Shown here: positions 63,980 through 64,000 of the stretch, piece by piece | Numbering within the stretch: position 1 is the stretch's first letter | How the letters are laid out: each line of letters begins with the position of its first letter | Assembly: GCA_003551705.1 (NCBI GenBank) | Contig: PUNJ01000013.1 | Location: 7,558-71,557, forward strand | DNA: 64,000 nt | DNA from: Chloroflexota bacterium | GTDB taxonomy: Bacteria > Chloroflexota > Dehalococcoidia > UBA2247 > RBG-13-53-26 | Reading direction: 5' to 3' | Translations under genes and position numbers: made by a program | Notes under the pieces: model-generated | The model's database searches: none | Seen by the model: only the letters and a program-made list of their open reading frames with translations | What the model was told of the DNA's origin: nothing

Positions 63980-64000
63980 TAACTTGAGATACTTCCTTCG

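Larger units (their letters stand above)
62606..64000 (-). mobile_element. Partial insertion sequence / transposon end (other end lies outside the window)
   Basis: The transposase gene, the reiterated subterminal repeats, and visibly higher GC than the neighbouring isochorismatase/HDAC region. The inner boundary is approximate. Confidence 0.55.

Noticed and set aside
1-64000. CRISPR arrays, rRNA genes, prophage or known defence-system gene sets
   Set aside because: No regularly spaced repeat arrays were seen. No rRNA-like conserved stretches, cas genes, phage structural genes or defence hallmark domains were recognised in any frame.

Overview
Tightly packed 64-kb chromosomal segment with about 59 protein genes, one tRNA and one partial IS. 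There is no rRNA and no CRISPR array. Gene content points to a strict anaerobe, but taxonomy cannot be assigned without a database search. Recognisable blocks: (1) 1-11.8 kb holds an ApgM-like gene, aspartokinase, tyrA, aroA, remA, gmk, mazG, gyrA and xth. (2) 12-17 kb holds a two-gene SufCB-type Fe-S system, a Yip1 membrane protein, an SDR and a nitronate-monooxygenase-like flavoprotein. (3) 17-27.8 kb is a redox island. It has a soluble Cys-rich PAS-GAF histidine kinase with a NarL-type regulator, a GltD-ferredoxin-MvhD fusion with metV and metF, and a receiver-only REC-REC protein. A ferredoxin, AOR-family and HdrD-like operon converges on it. (4) glgP, lexA, an OYE flavoprotein, an SDR with a C-terminal Zn-ribbon, and lctP. 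(5) 35.2-42.1 kb is a loosely packed accessory stretch. It has a LEA_2 lipoprotein, two paralogous small Zn-ribbon proteins with a shared leader sequence, and an orphan BcrA/BcrD-type ATPase pair with a ferredoxin. It also has a VOC protein, a phosphoacceptor-less LuxR regulator and a Crp/Fnr regulator. (6) queA, then fhs-folD of the Wood-Ljungdahl methyl branch. (7) An arginine cluster (argJ, argB, argD, argG, argH) is interrupted by an antisense DUF1284 gene and by a TPR plus orphan DNA methyltransferase pair. It is followed by rpe, rpmB, DAK2, DegV, argS, an HDAC-family gene and an isochorismatase-family gene. (8) A GC-richer DDE transposase with reiterated subterminal repeats runs off the window end. 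The most interesting signals are the rearranged MetFV / flavoprotein-MvhD / HdrD-like / AOR gene set, the Zn-ribbon paralogues with a conserved leader, and the orphan electron-activating ATPase module. Others are a recurrent intergenic 12-mer (ACCTGGAGGGTT), a cyanobacterial-type LexA box, and several apparently leaderless genes. All functional calls come from reading the translations and motifs. No searches were run.
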